Assembly: GCA_043800725.1 (NCBI GenBank)
Contig: JAZDMR010000023.1
Location: 1-54,874 of the forward strand
Direction: 5' to 3'
Length of the DNA stretch: 54,874 bases
Source: a bacterium
GTDB taxonomy: Bacteria; Patescibacteriota; Patescibacteriia; HK-STAS-PATE-3
Position numbers and translations under genes: made by a program. Position 1 is the stretch's first letter, and the number at the start of each line of letters is the position of its first letter. Below the pieces are notes generated by a model. That model made no database searches. It was not told the origin of the DNA and saw only the letters and a list, made by a program, of their open reading frames with translations. This document shows, in pieces, positions 19,158 to 28,816 of the stretch.

Positions 19158-19483
19158 AAAACAATTGTATAGGTATGCTCAAATTATCGCAATTTAAAAA
19201 AGACCGCACAGGAGAGCTGATCTAGGGTAAAGAAGTCCGTGAAACCCGCAACCCCCAGCCAACTTCCCATGCGGTGCAAGAATGGTGGAGAGGTGGTTTC
19301 CAATCTTTTGCTAAAACAAAGTTAGTTGGCCGTTTTTTGAACACCCATCTTTGGCCAACCAAACCGGATTACAAGTACTAATTCCGCCCCTCCAGATATT
19401 TATACTCTGTTAAATAGCCAATGCATGTTATCAAAAACTGTCTGCTTGTCAATAACCAGGCATTATGAGATTCTTAAACTATT

Positions 19484-20101
19484 ATGAATATTAAACAAGA
19501 AAAACTAGCCATCGACATCGCCCTCATCCCTCCTCAAAATATCATAGACTTGGCAAAACAATATAATTTGTCGATCAATAGTCAAAATCCTGATGGCATA
19601 ATGCTGGATGAAACGCATCTTCCTCACGTCACTCTTGTGCAATTATTTATTGACACCAATAAACTAACCTTGCTCAATCAAGCTATTGAAAACACACTAA
19701 AAGATTTTAAGCCCATCAGTTTAAAGATTAATAATATTGATTCTCTGATGTTAAGCGATGGTAAAGAAGCTTCGTATTTCTTATTTGAAAATATTGCACA
19801 AATTCAAGCAATGCATGAAACTCTCATGGAGGTAAGCAAGCCTTTTGCGGTAAATGGTGATGGCAAATCTTTTGTTTCAGACCCAGGCGAGCAAATACTA
19901 TCAAGTAGTGTGGACTGGGCAACAAATTTTCGAGAAAAAGCTTCCGGACCAAATTTTGAAGCCCATATCACCTTGGGAATCGGATACAAGCCGAATCTTG
20001 AAAAAGAAGTGGAATTTATAATAGACCGATTAACTGTCTGCCATTTAGGCAATTTCAATACCTGCCGAAAGATACTTAAAGAGTGGCGATTTATAAAATA
20101 A
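19484..20101 (+). CDS. 2H phosphoesterase superfamily protein (LigT/cyclic phosphodiesterase-like)
   Basis: Two HxT/S motifs: HLPHVTLVQL and FEAHITLG. Confidence 0.65.
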   Translation: MNIKQEKLAIDIALIPPQNIIDLAKQYNLSINSQNPDGIMLDETHLPHVTLVQLFIDTNKLTLLNQAIENTLKDFKPISLKINNIDSLMLSDGKEASYFLFENIAQIQAMHETLMEVSKPFAVNGDGKSFVSDPGEQILSSSVDWATNFREKASGPNFEAHITLGIGYKPNLEKEVEFIIDRLTVCHLGNFNTCRKILKEWRFIK

Positions 20102-20108
20102 ATATTTG

Positions 20109-20504
20109 CTAAGCTACGATTGGGGGTGCCCGCCAACCAAAACCACCCTGGTGATGCATCATGCCCAGAGTAGTCTGGTCTTCAGCAATTATCCTGGCAG
20201 AAAAAGAACGATTAGCAAGGTTCATAGATTCATCCGTGCTTTTACTCGCCTGATTAGCCAAGTCATGGAAGACTAATCGGCTTCTGGATACGCTCCGGTC
20301 AACGTAGCACGGGTTGCCAGTTGACTGCTGAAAAATACTTTCAATTTTTTCGATTTCCAGATCACTATAGTTCTCATCTGTTAATTCTAGTGAAATATCA
20401 ATCTCACCTGCAGTATTTGTGTTGACAATAATGGGTATGTCCGCAAAACAGCTACTGCCATATAGCCCAGATATTATTGAAATTGATATTAGATAATGTT
20501 TCAT
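20109..20504 (-). CDS. secreted hypothetical protein
   Basis: 131-aa ORF with an N-terminal signal-like segment. Confidence 0.4.
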   Translation of the reverse strand: MKHYLISISIISGLYGSSCFADIPIIVNTNTAGEIDISLELTDENYSDLEIEKIESIFQQSTGNPCYVDRSVSRSRLVFHDLANQASKSTDESMNLANRSFSARIIAEDQTTLGMMHHQGGFGWRAPPIVA

Positions 20505-20634
20505 ATTCTATTCCTATTCTTTATACAATTGTTATCCGACGGTTATTTCAAGATTAATCTGTCTACCATGGCCCAAAAAAACAATACTAAAAGAAGTCGC
20601 TTAATAACGGCTCCTTTTAGTCAATAGATATTTT

Positions 20635-20751
20635 CTAAACCGATTCTTCCTCGTTACCTCCCTCATCTTCCGGCATATCTCCGGAATGTACTTCACGATT
20701 GTGGGCCTCGAGATCTTCTACTTCCATTGCACATTTTTCACAATTTGGCAT
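20635..20751 (-). CDS. 38-aa acidic mini-protein with a CxxC..HxxxxH pattern
   Basis: GGAGGTGAG RBS 5 nt upstream of the ATG. Translation is MPNCEKCAMEVEDLEAHNREVHSGDMPEDEGGNEEESV. It is too short to appear in the ORF track. Confidence 0.35.
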   Translation of the reverse strand: MPNCEKCAMEVEDLEAHNREVHSGDMPEDEGGNEEESV

Positions 20752-20777
20752 TAAGGCTCACCTCCTCTCTATAAGCT

Positions 20778-21101
20778 TTATTGATTAGGCTGTGTCATAT
20801 AAAAAACCAATATACCCACCAGCAACAGAATCGATATTATAGTAGTCAGAATCATGAGAATTTTTAGATTATGCATCAGCTGCCACTTTTTCGCCAGTGA
20901 ATACCAGACTACATATATGCCCATCAGAGTAATCAGCAGATTTGCTAAATCTGGATCATAGCTGTTTAGAGATTTGTGAAATATACGCACTAATACAATA
21001 ATCAGACCAAAAATAAACAAAGCTCCATAGCTGCGAAGCCACTGTCCCATCGACATAGAGCTTTTTATGTCAGGCTGTGGTTGATTTTTCTGATCCTCCA
21101 T
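20778..21101 (-). CDS. small membrane protein
   Basis: 107 aa with 3 predicted hydrophobic helices. Confidence 0.5.
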   Translation of the reverse strand: MEDQKNQPQPDIKSSMSMGQWLRSYGALFIFGLIIVLVRIFHKSLNSYDPDLANLLITLMGIYVVWYSLAKKWQLMHNLKILMILTTIISILLLVGILVFYMTQPNQ

Positions 21102-21190
21102 AATTATTTAAATAATCTCATATTTTAAAAAGTCTGACAATAGAACTATTAATAAGGATTTTATTAAGTAATTTTGTGAATATTTTAAAA

Positions 21191-21218
21191 AGGAGCTTGC
21201 TGGTATCAACAAGCTCCT
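21191..21218 (-). terminator. rho-independent terminator candidate
   Basis: On the minus strand, GGAGCTTG-ttgatacc-CAAGCTCC is followed by TTTTTAAAA, just downstream of the small ORF that ends at 21229. Confidence 0.45.
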
Positions 21219-21228
21219 ATTGATCATT

Positions 21229-21375
21229 CTAATCTGGGTGCAGTCTGAGATACTCGCTGCCTTGCTTTTCCTTGGAGCGAATGTGGTTCATAATCCAGAT
21301 TCCCGCACCTAGACTGAATAGCGCCATCAAACAACCCAGTGCGATAAGAACAATTATGATTATTGGCCACCACAT
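21229..21375 (-). CDS. 48-aa single-TM protein
   Basis: GGGAGGA RBS. Translation is MWWPIIIIVLIALGCLMALFSLGAGIWIMNHIRSKEKQGSEYLRLHPD. Its start overlaps the end of the preceding small ORF. Confidence 0.4.
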   Translation of the reverse strand: MWWPIIIIVLIALGCLMALFSLGAGIWIMNHIRSKEKQGSEYLRLHPD

Positions 21376-21533
21376 AGGTCCTCCCAATCAACCTCGGCAG
21401 GAAACTCAATTGGTGTTTCGGATTCCCGGACATATATGTGCATTAATAAAGCGCCAATGCCAGAAAGAATGCCCAATAATATAACTATTAAAACAACGAA
21501 ACCAAACAATGCATATCCTATGATGGTCCACAT
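21360..21533 (-). CDS. 57-aa single-TM protein
   Basis: GAGAGGAGGGA RBS. Translation is MWTIIGYALFGFVVLIVILLGILSGIGALLMHIYVRESETPIEFPAEVDWEDLCGGQ. The track ORFs at 21224-21618 on either strand look spurious. Confidence 0.4.
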   Translation of the reverse strand: MWTIIGYALFGFVVLIVILLGILSGIGALLMHIYVRESETPIEFPAEVDWEDLCGGQ

Positions 21534-21587
21534 TTTCAAGTCCCTCCTCTCTACTATTCACTCTACTTTGCTGTCAAGATTTGTCAA

Positions 21588-21869
21588 TTACTTTTTACGC
21601 CAGCTCTGTTCAATATAGACTATTTTCCACCAAAAACGGCCTAGGAATAATCCGCCCACAGCGCCCAGAATGGGCAGGCCCACCTGAATGACCGGATGGA
21701 GCGAACAGCCCTGATACCGGGTTATTTCGCCAGCCTTAACGCTGTTTAGGTATAAAGTCTCAATAATCGCATGGACAATACAACTCAAAATTACGCCCAA
21801 CACCGTTGCGGAGATTAGATAAACAACATGCTTGGACTTGGTCGGTATTGGCCGGGTTCGATGAAACAC
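21588..21869 (-). CDS. small membrane protein
   Basis: 93 aa with two hydrophobic helices. Confidence 0.5.
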   Translation of the reverse strand: MFHRTRPIPTKSKHVVYLISATVLGVILSCIVHAIIETLYLNSVKAGEITRYQGCSLHPVIQVGLPILGAVGGLFLGRFWWKIVYIEQSWRKK

Positions 21870-21872
21870 GGA

Positions 21873-22121
21873 TTACTTTTTAATTACGATAATCGTACAC
21901 TTGGTTAGTAAAGCTGCTGCTGCGCCCACAGCGGCCAAAGCAGGTGCAAAAATTGCGCCCACAACACCAATTGTTACCGGTATCTCGATAATAGATTCGC
22001 CCTTTTCATTCTTGATGATAATTCGCCGGGCATTACCTTCGTTTATCAGCTGTTTGACCTTTTCAACTACTTGATCGCCGCTGACTTTAAACTCTTCGCT
22101 TTGTTCGTTATTTTCTGACAT
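21873..22121 (-). CDS. DUF4342-like protein
   Basis: Matches the DUF4342 pattern as I remember it: EFKVSGDQVVEKVKQLINEGNARRIIIKNEKGESIIEIP plus a C-terminal hydrophobic segment. Confidence 0.6.
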   Translation of the reverse strand: MSENNEQSEEFKVSGDQVVEKVKQLINEGNARRIIIKNEKGESIIEIPVTIGVVGAIFAPALAAVGAAAALLTKCTIIVIKK

Positions 22122-22325
22122 ATAATTATTGATTAATTAAAAAGGATATTCCAAATCCATTAATTTATGCGAAACGCTTAAATAAACTCGATCAATCATA
22201 TTATTAATGACAAGCATTGATATTATACCAAGCTAACCTAAAAAAATGAAACTTTGACAGTTTTAATAGTATCTACTATATTTGCCCCAGACCGTTCTTT
22301 GACCTCGAACCAATAAGGAGGTAGC

Positions 22326-22685
22326 GTGAGAAAATTACCTTGGCATTTAATTGCTAGCTGTTTAGGATGGCTTGGGATAGCTATTCTAATAACCTCATAT
22401 ATTAATGGGCATCTTAGCCTCTTGAATACTGTTGGGATTTGGATAGGTGTTTCATGTGGCGTCTATGCTATGGCCACCCTGGAAAAGGAGCGCGACGTGT
22501 TTGATCATACCTGGTATCATTTCAATTCAGAACGCCCTTGGTGGATAGCAGCTTTCTTTACTTTTTTACCTGTTTCTATAGCTATCACCTTGCTATTTAT
22601 ACACATCTTTCACGTTGTATCTCAAGGCCCCCGGCCACCCAAGAAAACCAGGGGTAATTCAACCCATTCGGTCCGCTGTATTTAA
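22326..22685 (+). CDS. membrane hypothetical protein
   Basis: 119-aa ORF with hydrophobic helices and an AAGGAGG RBS. Confidence 0.45.
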   Translation: MRKLPWHLIASCLGWLGIAILITSYINGHLSLLNTVGIWIGVSCGVYAMATLEKERDVFDHTWYHFNSERPWWIAAFFTFLPVSIAITLLFIHIFHVVSQGPRPPKKTRGNSTHSVRCI

Positions 22686-22704
22686 TTACAGCGGACTGTT
22701 TACT

Positions 22705-23997
22705 TTATGCTTCCCTGAGGTATCCCCAGCTATGCAGCCGATCGCTGTCTTCCAGCCATCGATTGCCAATATCGTTGCGATAATACATATTGGGAATCAG
22801 AATATTTTTTATCCGATTATAAGCTTGGTCCTGAGCTTGTTTCATGGTTAATCCCGAACCGACCACGATTAAAGCCACACCAGCTGCACCAGTCAGGGTC
22901 CATTCGCTGTTGACCAATTTTACATCTTCAATATGAACGCCTTCCAGGTTTTTGCCCTTGAAAACAATTACCGCGTTCTTGGAATACACATCGAATATTT
23001 TTTTATCATGGTAGGGGTAAGGAGGCACCACCAGCCGGATACCGACATGGAAACCCTTTTTCACCTTGAATTCCCTAAGCTCTCCGGTGGCTAGGCCATA
23101 AAGAAACTCGCCAATCGGCAGATTCATGCTGTCCTGCTGAATGCTGATGGTTGGATAACCGAATCTAGCAGTAAACTCCAGCGGATAAATCCCATAGCTG
23201 TTGACTATGCAATTCAAATCAATATAGCCGACATAATGTTCTTGGGCTAATCTTCGTTCCATTTTTTTCAGCGTACTATTAAACAATTTATTTGTTCCGC
23301 TCCAAAACATGCTGGTGCCCATTTCCCCGGTGGCCGGTCCGAGATCATGAGGAAACATCTTTTTATGCTCGAAATTAATATTGATCGGATAAACAAACTC
23401 ATAGCCGTTGAAAAATGCTCCGACGGCAACCTCGACTCCGGTTACTTTGCGCTGAAGCTGAAAACTTTTAATTTTGCTCGACCAAACCCGCCGGTACGCT
23501 TCCAGTACGCGAATCACGTCTGAACCGTCTTTTTCCATACCGACAAACAGTAGGTTCTTATTATTCTGGGCTTCGCCGCTGGGCTTAATCACATATTCAT
23601 CCGGCTTTGTCCTTACAAACTCAATTGCCGCATCGAAATTATCAAATTGATTGTAAGATAGTATTTGTACGCCGTTTTTCTTCAATTCTTCCTGGCCAAA
23701 CGACCGTTCGTCTTCCAGGCAATCCGTATACGAGGTGCCTCCGATCACCAGCTTTCCCTGCTGCCTTAGTTTCTGTGCTTTTATGCCCATACCCAGCACA
23801 TCATCAAAAACCACTAGATCTGCCCAATCTACTTCCTTGCGCCAATCGTCGGTCTTGGGCACAAACCCGTCCGCAATGTCTGATTCAATTTTTTCACTGA
23901 TATAATACTTTACTTCATAGCCCTCTTTGACCACCTGCCAGGCAATATCAGAAATCAAAGCTCCGTCAGAGACAAAGAGAAATTTCTTTTTTTCCAT
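22705..23997 (-). CDS. PurD-like ATP-grasp ligase (phosphoribosylamine-glycine ligase family)
   Basis: ATP-grasp layout. FEHKKMFPHDLGPATGEMGT resembles the PurD DHKR..GD.GPNTGGMG block, but the N-terminal GGREH motif is absent. Confidence 0.6.
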   Translation of the reverse strand: MEKKKFLFVSDGALISDIAWQVVKEGYEVKYYISEKIESDIADGFVPKTDDWRKEVDWADLVVFDDVLGMGIKAQKLRQQGKLVIGGTSYTDCLEDERSFGQEELKKNGVQILSYNQFDNFDAAIEFVRTKPDEYVIKPSGEAQNNKNLLFVGMEKDGSDVIRVLEAYRRVWSSKIKSFQLQRKVTGVEVAVGAFFNGYEFVYPININFEHKKMFPHDLGPATGEMGTSMFWSGTNKLFNSTLKKMERRLAQEHYVGYIDLNCIVNSYGIYPLEFTARFGYPTISIQQDSMNLPIGEFLYGLATGELREFKVKKGFHVGIRLVVPPYPYHDKKIFDVYSKNAVIVFKGKNLEGVHIEDVKLVNSEWTLTGAAGVALIVVGSGLTMKQAQDQAYNRIKNILIPNMYYRNDIGNRWLEDSDRLHSWGYLREA

Positions 23998-24044
23998 AGT
24001 TTAATTAAAGGATAAATAATACTAGATAATTATAGGTACTTATT

Positions 24045-24083
24045 TAAAAAAGTAAAAGAGCCGCGGGATAAAACCGTGGCTCT
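24045..24083 (-). terminator. rho-independent terminator after the PP2C gene
   Basis: On the minus strand, AGAGCCACGG-ttttatc-CCGCGGCTCT (10-bp stem) is followed by TTTACTTTTTT. Confidence 0.6.
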
Positions 24084-24103
24084 TCTTGGCTTGTAGGACG
24101 ATG

Positions 24104-24868
24104 TTACCAGATTAATCGGATAATCACAGCTGTAAGATTATCCTTTCCCTGTTCTTGGCTAAACACCCTATTAACCAGCACTTCTCCGGCCTGTCTAGCG
24201 CTTTGACAAAACCGAATCATGGTGCCAATACTTTGATTGCCAACATGCGTATACAGCCCATCTGTTGCGGCAATCAGCCATAAGTCTTGCCTGCCAAGGT
24301 TGCGCCAGCCCGTCTCTGCTGTATGGATCACCCCATGCTCGCGAAACAGGCAATCGCCAAATGATCGGGAGTTCCGGACAAATACTTTTTCGTCTCCTGT
24401 AATAGGAACAATTATGCATCCCTGATCAGTGTTTGCGCCAGATGCTTGAACGCGTTCAAGCTCGTCTGCTCGGTCGACAGTATGATCCTCAGTTAAGGGA
24501 ATCGCGCCGTCAACTGTAACCACAATCAAACGAGAATCACCTGCATGGGCAAAGATCAGGCTTCTGCCTTTTAGGCTGAGCATCAGGGCTGTACTGCCAG
24601 GCACTCGCCCCTCCAGGGCTTTTCCAAATACCTCAAAGGTTTCTTGAAAAGCTTTTGTAGGACTTCCAGTACTGGCGAGTCGCCTGAAATATTCATCAGG
24701 ACTTTGCTCAGCTAACAACTTCGCAACCTCATGACCATTACCATCTTGCACGCTATGTCCATCAAAAACGCCCACGAACAATCGCCCATCCCTTTTATTA
24801 ACTACGTTAGAATCTTCCATGGCTCGGCGTGGTCCTTGTTCTAAAACAACCTCTATCTCATATCGCAT
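24104..24868 (-). CDS. PP2C-family Ser/Thr protein phosphatase
   Basis: MEDS, VFDGHS, ATDGLY and DNLTAVII metal-binding motifs. Confidence 0.8.
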   Translation of the reverse strand: MRYEIEVVLEQGPRRAMEDSNVVNKRDGRLFVGVFDGHSVQDGNGHEVAKLLAEQSPDEYFRRLASTGSPTKAFQETFEVFGKALEGRVPGSTALMLSLKGRSLIFAHAGDSRLIVVTVDGAIPLTEDHTVDRADELERVQASGANTDQGCIIVPITGDEKVFVRNSRSFGDCLFREHGVIHTAETGWRNLGRQDLWLIAATDGLYTHVGNQSIGTMIRFCQSARQAGEVLVNRVFSQEQGKDNLTAVIIRLIW

Positions 24869-24969
24869 ATTTTACCCCCATTTATCCGGATTAAAAAGAA
24901 CGATCCAGTGTTTAATTTGAACATTAGACCTTAGCCTAAAAAGGGCTGGGCGTCAAGTGGTAATTTTAA

Positions 24970-25167
24970 TTATAAACTAGGATCAGGCAGATCATCCATG
25001 GGCATGCCTAAACATGTAGCAAAGGGAAAAGTATAATCACATTTTTCAAGTCCCTCATCTTTTTTCGACTTCATATCTGCCATATAAATTACAGCGTAAG
25101 TCAACAAGATAATAAATATTATCATTGGAATAACCACGTTTGGTCGTTTAAAAATATTAGATTTCAT
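24970..25167 (-). CDS. small membrane protein
   Basis: 65 aa with one TM helix. Confidence 0.4.
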   Translation of the reverse strand: MKSNIFKRPNVVIPMIIFIILLTYAVIYMADMKSKKDEGLEKCDYTFPFATCLGMPMDDLPDPSL

Positions 25168-25315
25168 AGCTAACTGTTTAACTACCTATTATTAAATATT
25201 TCCCCGAACACACTTTGCGGATCATCAGGGTTTTTTAACTTACAGACTGTTCTCTGCTAATTTATAAACCGGCTGTTGGTTATTCTTGTTTGTTACAAAT
25301 AATAATCAAATATAG

Positions 25316-26197
25316 TTAATTACGATTCGCGCTGCCAAACAGTTTAATTTTTTCCTCAACCACTTTTTGAATCGCATTTACGACGGGCGGCATAAGTATA
25401 TAAGGAGAGTATTCTTTGGGGTTTTCTTTTAAAGCCTTTTTTAAACCCTCAATGTATGCAATGCGTAGTTCAGTACTGACATTTACTTTATTAATCCCCT
25501 CCTTGACTGCTCTTCTAACGTCCCCGGCACGAATGCCTGATCCGCCATGCAATGACAGGTAACAATGCAGCCGTTTCCGAATCTCTCTCAATCTCTTGAA
25601 ATCCAGTTTTGGCGGCTGGGCATACACTCCATGAACGTTGCCGATAAAAGACGCGAAAATATCAATGTTGGTTTGTTTTACGAAATCTTCGGCTTGTGCC
25701 GGATCAGTATAGGAGCTTTTCAGCTGCTCTTGGGAAACGCTCTTGCCTTTATGCCATGACGAGCTGCCGGTAATATAATTTTGCTCGCCTTCGACTAACC
25801 GGCCTTTCCGATGAGCTATCGGAACGATTTTTTTCAATATTCTAATATTCTTCGATCTGGGCATCTTGGATCCGTCAAAATGCAAAAGTTCATAACCAGC
25901 TTTCAGGGCATTCATGACATCGGCGTATGTGTGGGAATGGTCCAAATTTATTAAAATCGGCAGTTTTAATGTTCGTTCCTGGGAATCGAGCATAGCCGCC
26001 TGCATCTCCGCTCCGATATATTCTGTTTCGCCGCTGGAGGTCTCGATAATCACAGGAGAACGCATCTTATCGGCTGCCTGAAGAACTCCCTTCAGCATTT
26101 CCAGAGTCGAGACATTAAACGCGCCAATAGCATAGCCGCCTTGCTTGGCTCTTTTTAATACTTGTTTAGTTGTTGGAATTTTTTTCTGTTTAGGCAT
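25316..26197 (-). CDS. fba: class II fructose/ketose-bisphosphate aldolase
   Basis: GGYAIGAFNV, NLDHSH and LHGGSG motifs. Confidence 0.85.
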   Translation of the reverse strand: MPKQKKIPTTKQVLKRAKQGGYAIGAFNVSTLEMLKGVLQAADKMRSPVIIETSSGETEYIGAEMQAAMLDSQERTLKLPILINLDHSHTYADVMNALKAGYELLHFDGSKMPRSKNIRILKKIVPIAHRKGRLVEGEQNYITGSSSWHKGKSVSQEQLKSSYTDPAQAEDFVKQTNIDIFASFIGNVHGVYAQPPKLDFKRLREIRKRLHCYLSLHGGSGIRAGDVRRAVKEGINKVNVSTELRIAYIEGLKKALKENPKEYSPYILMPPVVNAIQKVVEEKIKLFGSANRN

Positions 26198-26255
26198 GGG
26201 TCCTTTATATTAATAACTCCCCCAATTATGACTGAATAAAAATGTTTCGTCTATA

Positions 26256-26759
26256 TTAATTATTACTATCACTGCTGATAACTTGAATTATCTCATCAGC
26301 AACTTGATCGGCATTTTTATCATCGGTATGAATTGTTTTACCAACTGTTAACTTTGATACTAAATAATGCACGGCCTTGACGGACTCCTCCCCGATTGGC
26401 TTGGTTCTTTGCTTGTCTCTTTTAATACACTCGCCCAATCCAGCGTCTAAGGTAAAAATGAATTTTTTACTTGGCAATCTTTTTTCAAGATTATCAATTT
26501 GTGATTGAAAATAATAAGCCGCATCAAATATCACGACTCTGTCATTATCAAGATAATTCTTTGCTTGAGGAATGATTTTATCCTGCGCTTTCAATAATTG
26601 CGACTCCGGAACACAATATTTGGTAGAATCATCCAGGCCCAATTCTTGGAGAATTTCATCGATAGAGAAATATACGCCCGACAATTTATCAGCCAATTTT
26701 TTTGCTATGGTTGTTTTACCTACTCCGGCTGAGCCTCTGAGGATAATATAATAACTCAC
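26256..26759 (-). CDS. P-loop kinase/ATPase (small AAA-like)
   Basis: Walker A GSAGVGKTT at the N-terminus; 167 aa. Confidence 0.6.
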   Translation of the reverse strand: MSYYIILRGSAGVGKTTIAKKLADKLSGVYFSIDEILQELGLDDSTKYCVPESQLLKAQDKIIPQAKNYLDNDRVVIFDAAYYFQSQIDNLEKRLPSKKFIFTLDAGLGECIKRDKQRTKPIGEESVKAVHYLVSKLTVGKTIHTDDKNADQVADEIIQVISSDSNN

Positions 26760-26905
26760 TGCACTATTGTATCAAATATCAGCAGTATTGCCACGGTTAG
26801 TTTAAAATATTGACCCATTAATAAAGATGATGCCTGAACCGATATAAGCCAGTATTTCTAAAAATTTTAAATTCTGCAGCCAAATCTATTTTATTTTTAA
26901 GCGAC

Positions 26906-27898
26906 TTATTTAAAATATTTGCGATCGTGATACTCGTCATGAATTTCTCCGACTAATTCTTCAATAATATCTTCAAGCGTTACAATACCCACCTGCTTCT
27001 TTTCTTTATTCTCAACGACCGCGACATGTATTCTTTGATTCTTCATCTGGGAAAAAACATCAGTGATATCGCTATTGTCGCTGACGATTCTGGGCTCTCT
27101 TAAATAATCCTTTAGCTGGCCCTCCCTTTGACCAAGTATGTCTTTGCTATAAATTAGACCAATAATTTTCTTGTCCTTAACCACCGGTACTCTGGTAAAG
27201 CCTCTTTTGGTAATCATGACCTTAGCTTGCTCAACATCGATATCATGGTCCAGATAAAAAACCTGTTTAATCGGCACTATAATATCTTTTATTTTTAAAT
27301 CTCCAAATTTGAATAACTTATGAATAATATCCCGCTCGATTCCTTTTATGCTCCCCTCTTGCTCCCCCAGGGTGGCCATATCTTTGATGTCCTGATCGGA
27401 AACCACTAAATGTTTCGGCTTTTTATCGCTGACTACGCGCAAGAAAAGATTGGCGATTGAAATGAATACCGTAATTAACGGGCTTAAAAAGATCGTTAAA
27501 AAATATAACGTCCTGGCATTTTTCAAGGCAATTTTTCTACTATCCAATAGGGATCTGGACTTAGGCGTAATCTCGCCGAAAATGATGACCACCAGGGTTA
27601 CTACCCCAATTGCTATAGAAACTCCTATGGTATGAAATACCTCATTAGCAATCAAGGCGACCATGGCAGACAAGACAATGTTAACCACGTTATTGCCGAA
27701 TAACAGGGTAATGATCGACCGGTCAAGATTACGGCGTAGCCTAATCACATATTTAACATGCTTCTCGTTTTTTGCCCTCATATCAGCAATCTCAGCACTA
27801 TCCAAATTGGTCAACGCTGTTTCCATGCCAGAAAACCAGCCAGATAAAAATATCAAGACTATAACAACTATTAGTATGACTATAAAGGTAATTGTCAT
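26906..27898 (-). CDS. CNNM/HlyC-CorC-family transporter (DUF21 plus a CBS pair)
   Basis: Four N-terminal TM helices followed by two CBS-like repeats. Confidence 0.8.
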   Translation of the reverse strand: MTITFIVILIVVIVLIFLSGWFSGMETALTNLDSAEIADMRAKNEKHVKYVIRLRRNLDRSIITLLFGNNVVNIVLSAMVALIANEVFHTIGVSIAIGVVTLVVIIFGEITPKSRSLLDSRKIALKNARTLYFLTIFLSPLITVFISIANLFLRVVSDKKPKHLVVSDQDIKDMATLGEQEGSIKGIERDIIHKLFKFGDLKIKDIIVPIKQVFYLDHDIDVEQAKVMITKRGFTRVPVVKDKKIIGLIYSKDILGQREGQLKDYLREPRIVSDNSDITDVFSQMKNQRIHVAVVENKEKKQVGIVTLEDIIEELVGEIHDEYHDRKYFK

Positions 27899-28357
27899 AT
27901 TATCAATTATATTGTCTATTACTCAAGAAAAGTCTTGTGATTTTATCACTTTTTTCCCGATTATACAAGAAAACAACCAGACAAGTCCAACTAGTTAAGA
28001 TTACCCATAGTAAATAAAATTCCTCTCCAAAATATAGTCAGCCGGCGCTGGATCGCTATCATCCAGTTCAATAGTAAGCACATATCTCTCATGATCAGTC
28101 AGGTTAATATTTGAAGGATAATTATTAGTATATGCGCCGTTTATTTTCTATACTTGTCCAGTGCTGACTATATCGGTTAATCAACAGCCAGCAATCGCTG
28201 GGTATTATTATGTTCGGCTAGTTCGGTTATACTTAAAGACACGACTGGTTCGCCATCGAATGACTCACGCTAGGGTGACTATGAACAATTATTTTCATAA
28301 TACAAATTATCAGCCAGATCATTATGAAAAGTAATATAAATCAGTACACATCAATAA

Positions 28358-28816
28358 TCATTCAATCTTTGTCGGATTCAAAGCTTCAAACTCTTTTTGA
28401 GATCGAATATTAATGCCATATGAATCGCCGTATGTGTATAGCGTCACATGAATTGGCGGGAGTTCACCGAGATCAATGCCAGCTTCTTTTGCTTTATTGT
28501 AAAACTCTCAAAAGGCAGGCAGTTCAACCATTTGGATAATCGCTTCTCTGTGTAATACCACAGTTTCAGAATTATTCTTCAATAAACCAGCTTTAACCAG
28601 TCTGTTTTTCTCGGTATCGGTTAATTGCTCTGTTTTTCTGTCTTGGGTAATATGATATTTTTCCGGTTTCAGAGTAACATCAGTCCAATTCAAACCACTA
28701 ATAATTCTATTAAATTCATTTTCAAGTTCTGGACGCTCTTGAAAAGCTTCAATAAGCTTGCGGCCTGTTGCTGAATCAAGCACAGTAATATGAAACTCGG
28801 ATTTTTTATTAAACAA
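28358..28816 (-). pseudogene. frameshifted 2H phosphoesterase-like gene
   Basis: The ORF at 28508-28816 carries the first HxT motif (EFHITVLD). A different frame downstream continues as FYNKAKEAGIDLGELPPIHVTLYTYGDSYGINIRSQKEFEALNPTKIE-stop and carries the second HxT motif. Confidence 0.5.

Noticed and set aside
19200-19400. Short resemblances to RNase P RNA (AAGTCCG .. AACCGGATTA) and to ykkC-type riboswitches (CTAGGGT, GTCCG.GA, GGAGAG).
   Set aside because: For RNase P, the spacing of about 130 nt is far too short, and the P3-like and P15-like helices cannot be drawn. For ykkC, the P3 hairpin (CGGG..CCCG) is absent. The matches are at the level expected by chance.
22705-24868. The PurD-like ATP-grasp gene next to the PP2C phosphatase gene, as a possible functional pair or system.
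   Set aside because: They are only adjacent. A terminator hairpin (24045-24083) separates them, and nothing in the sequence links them.
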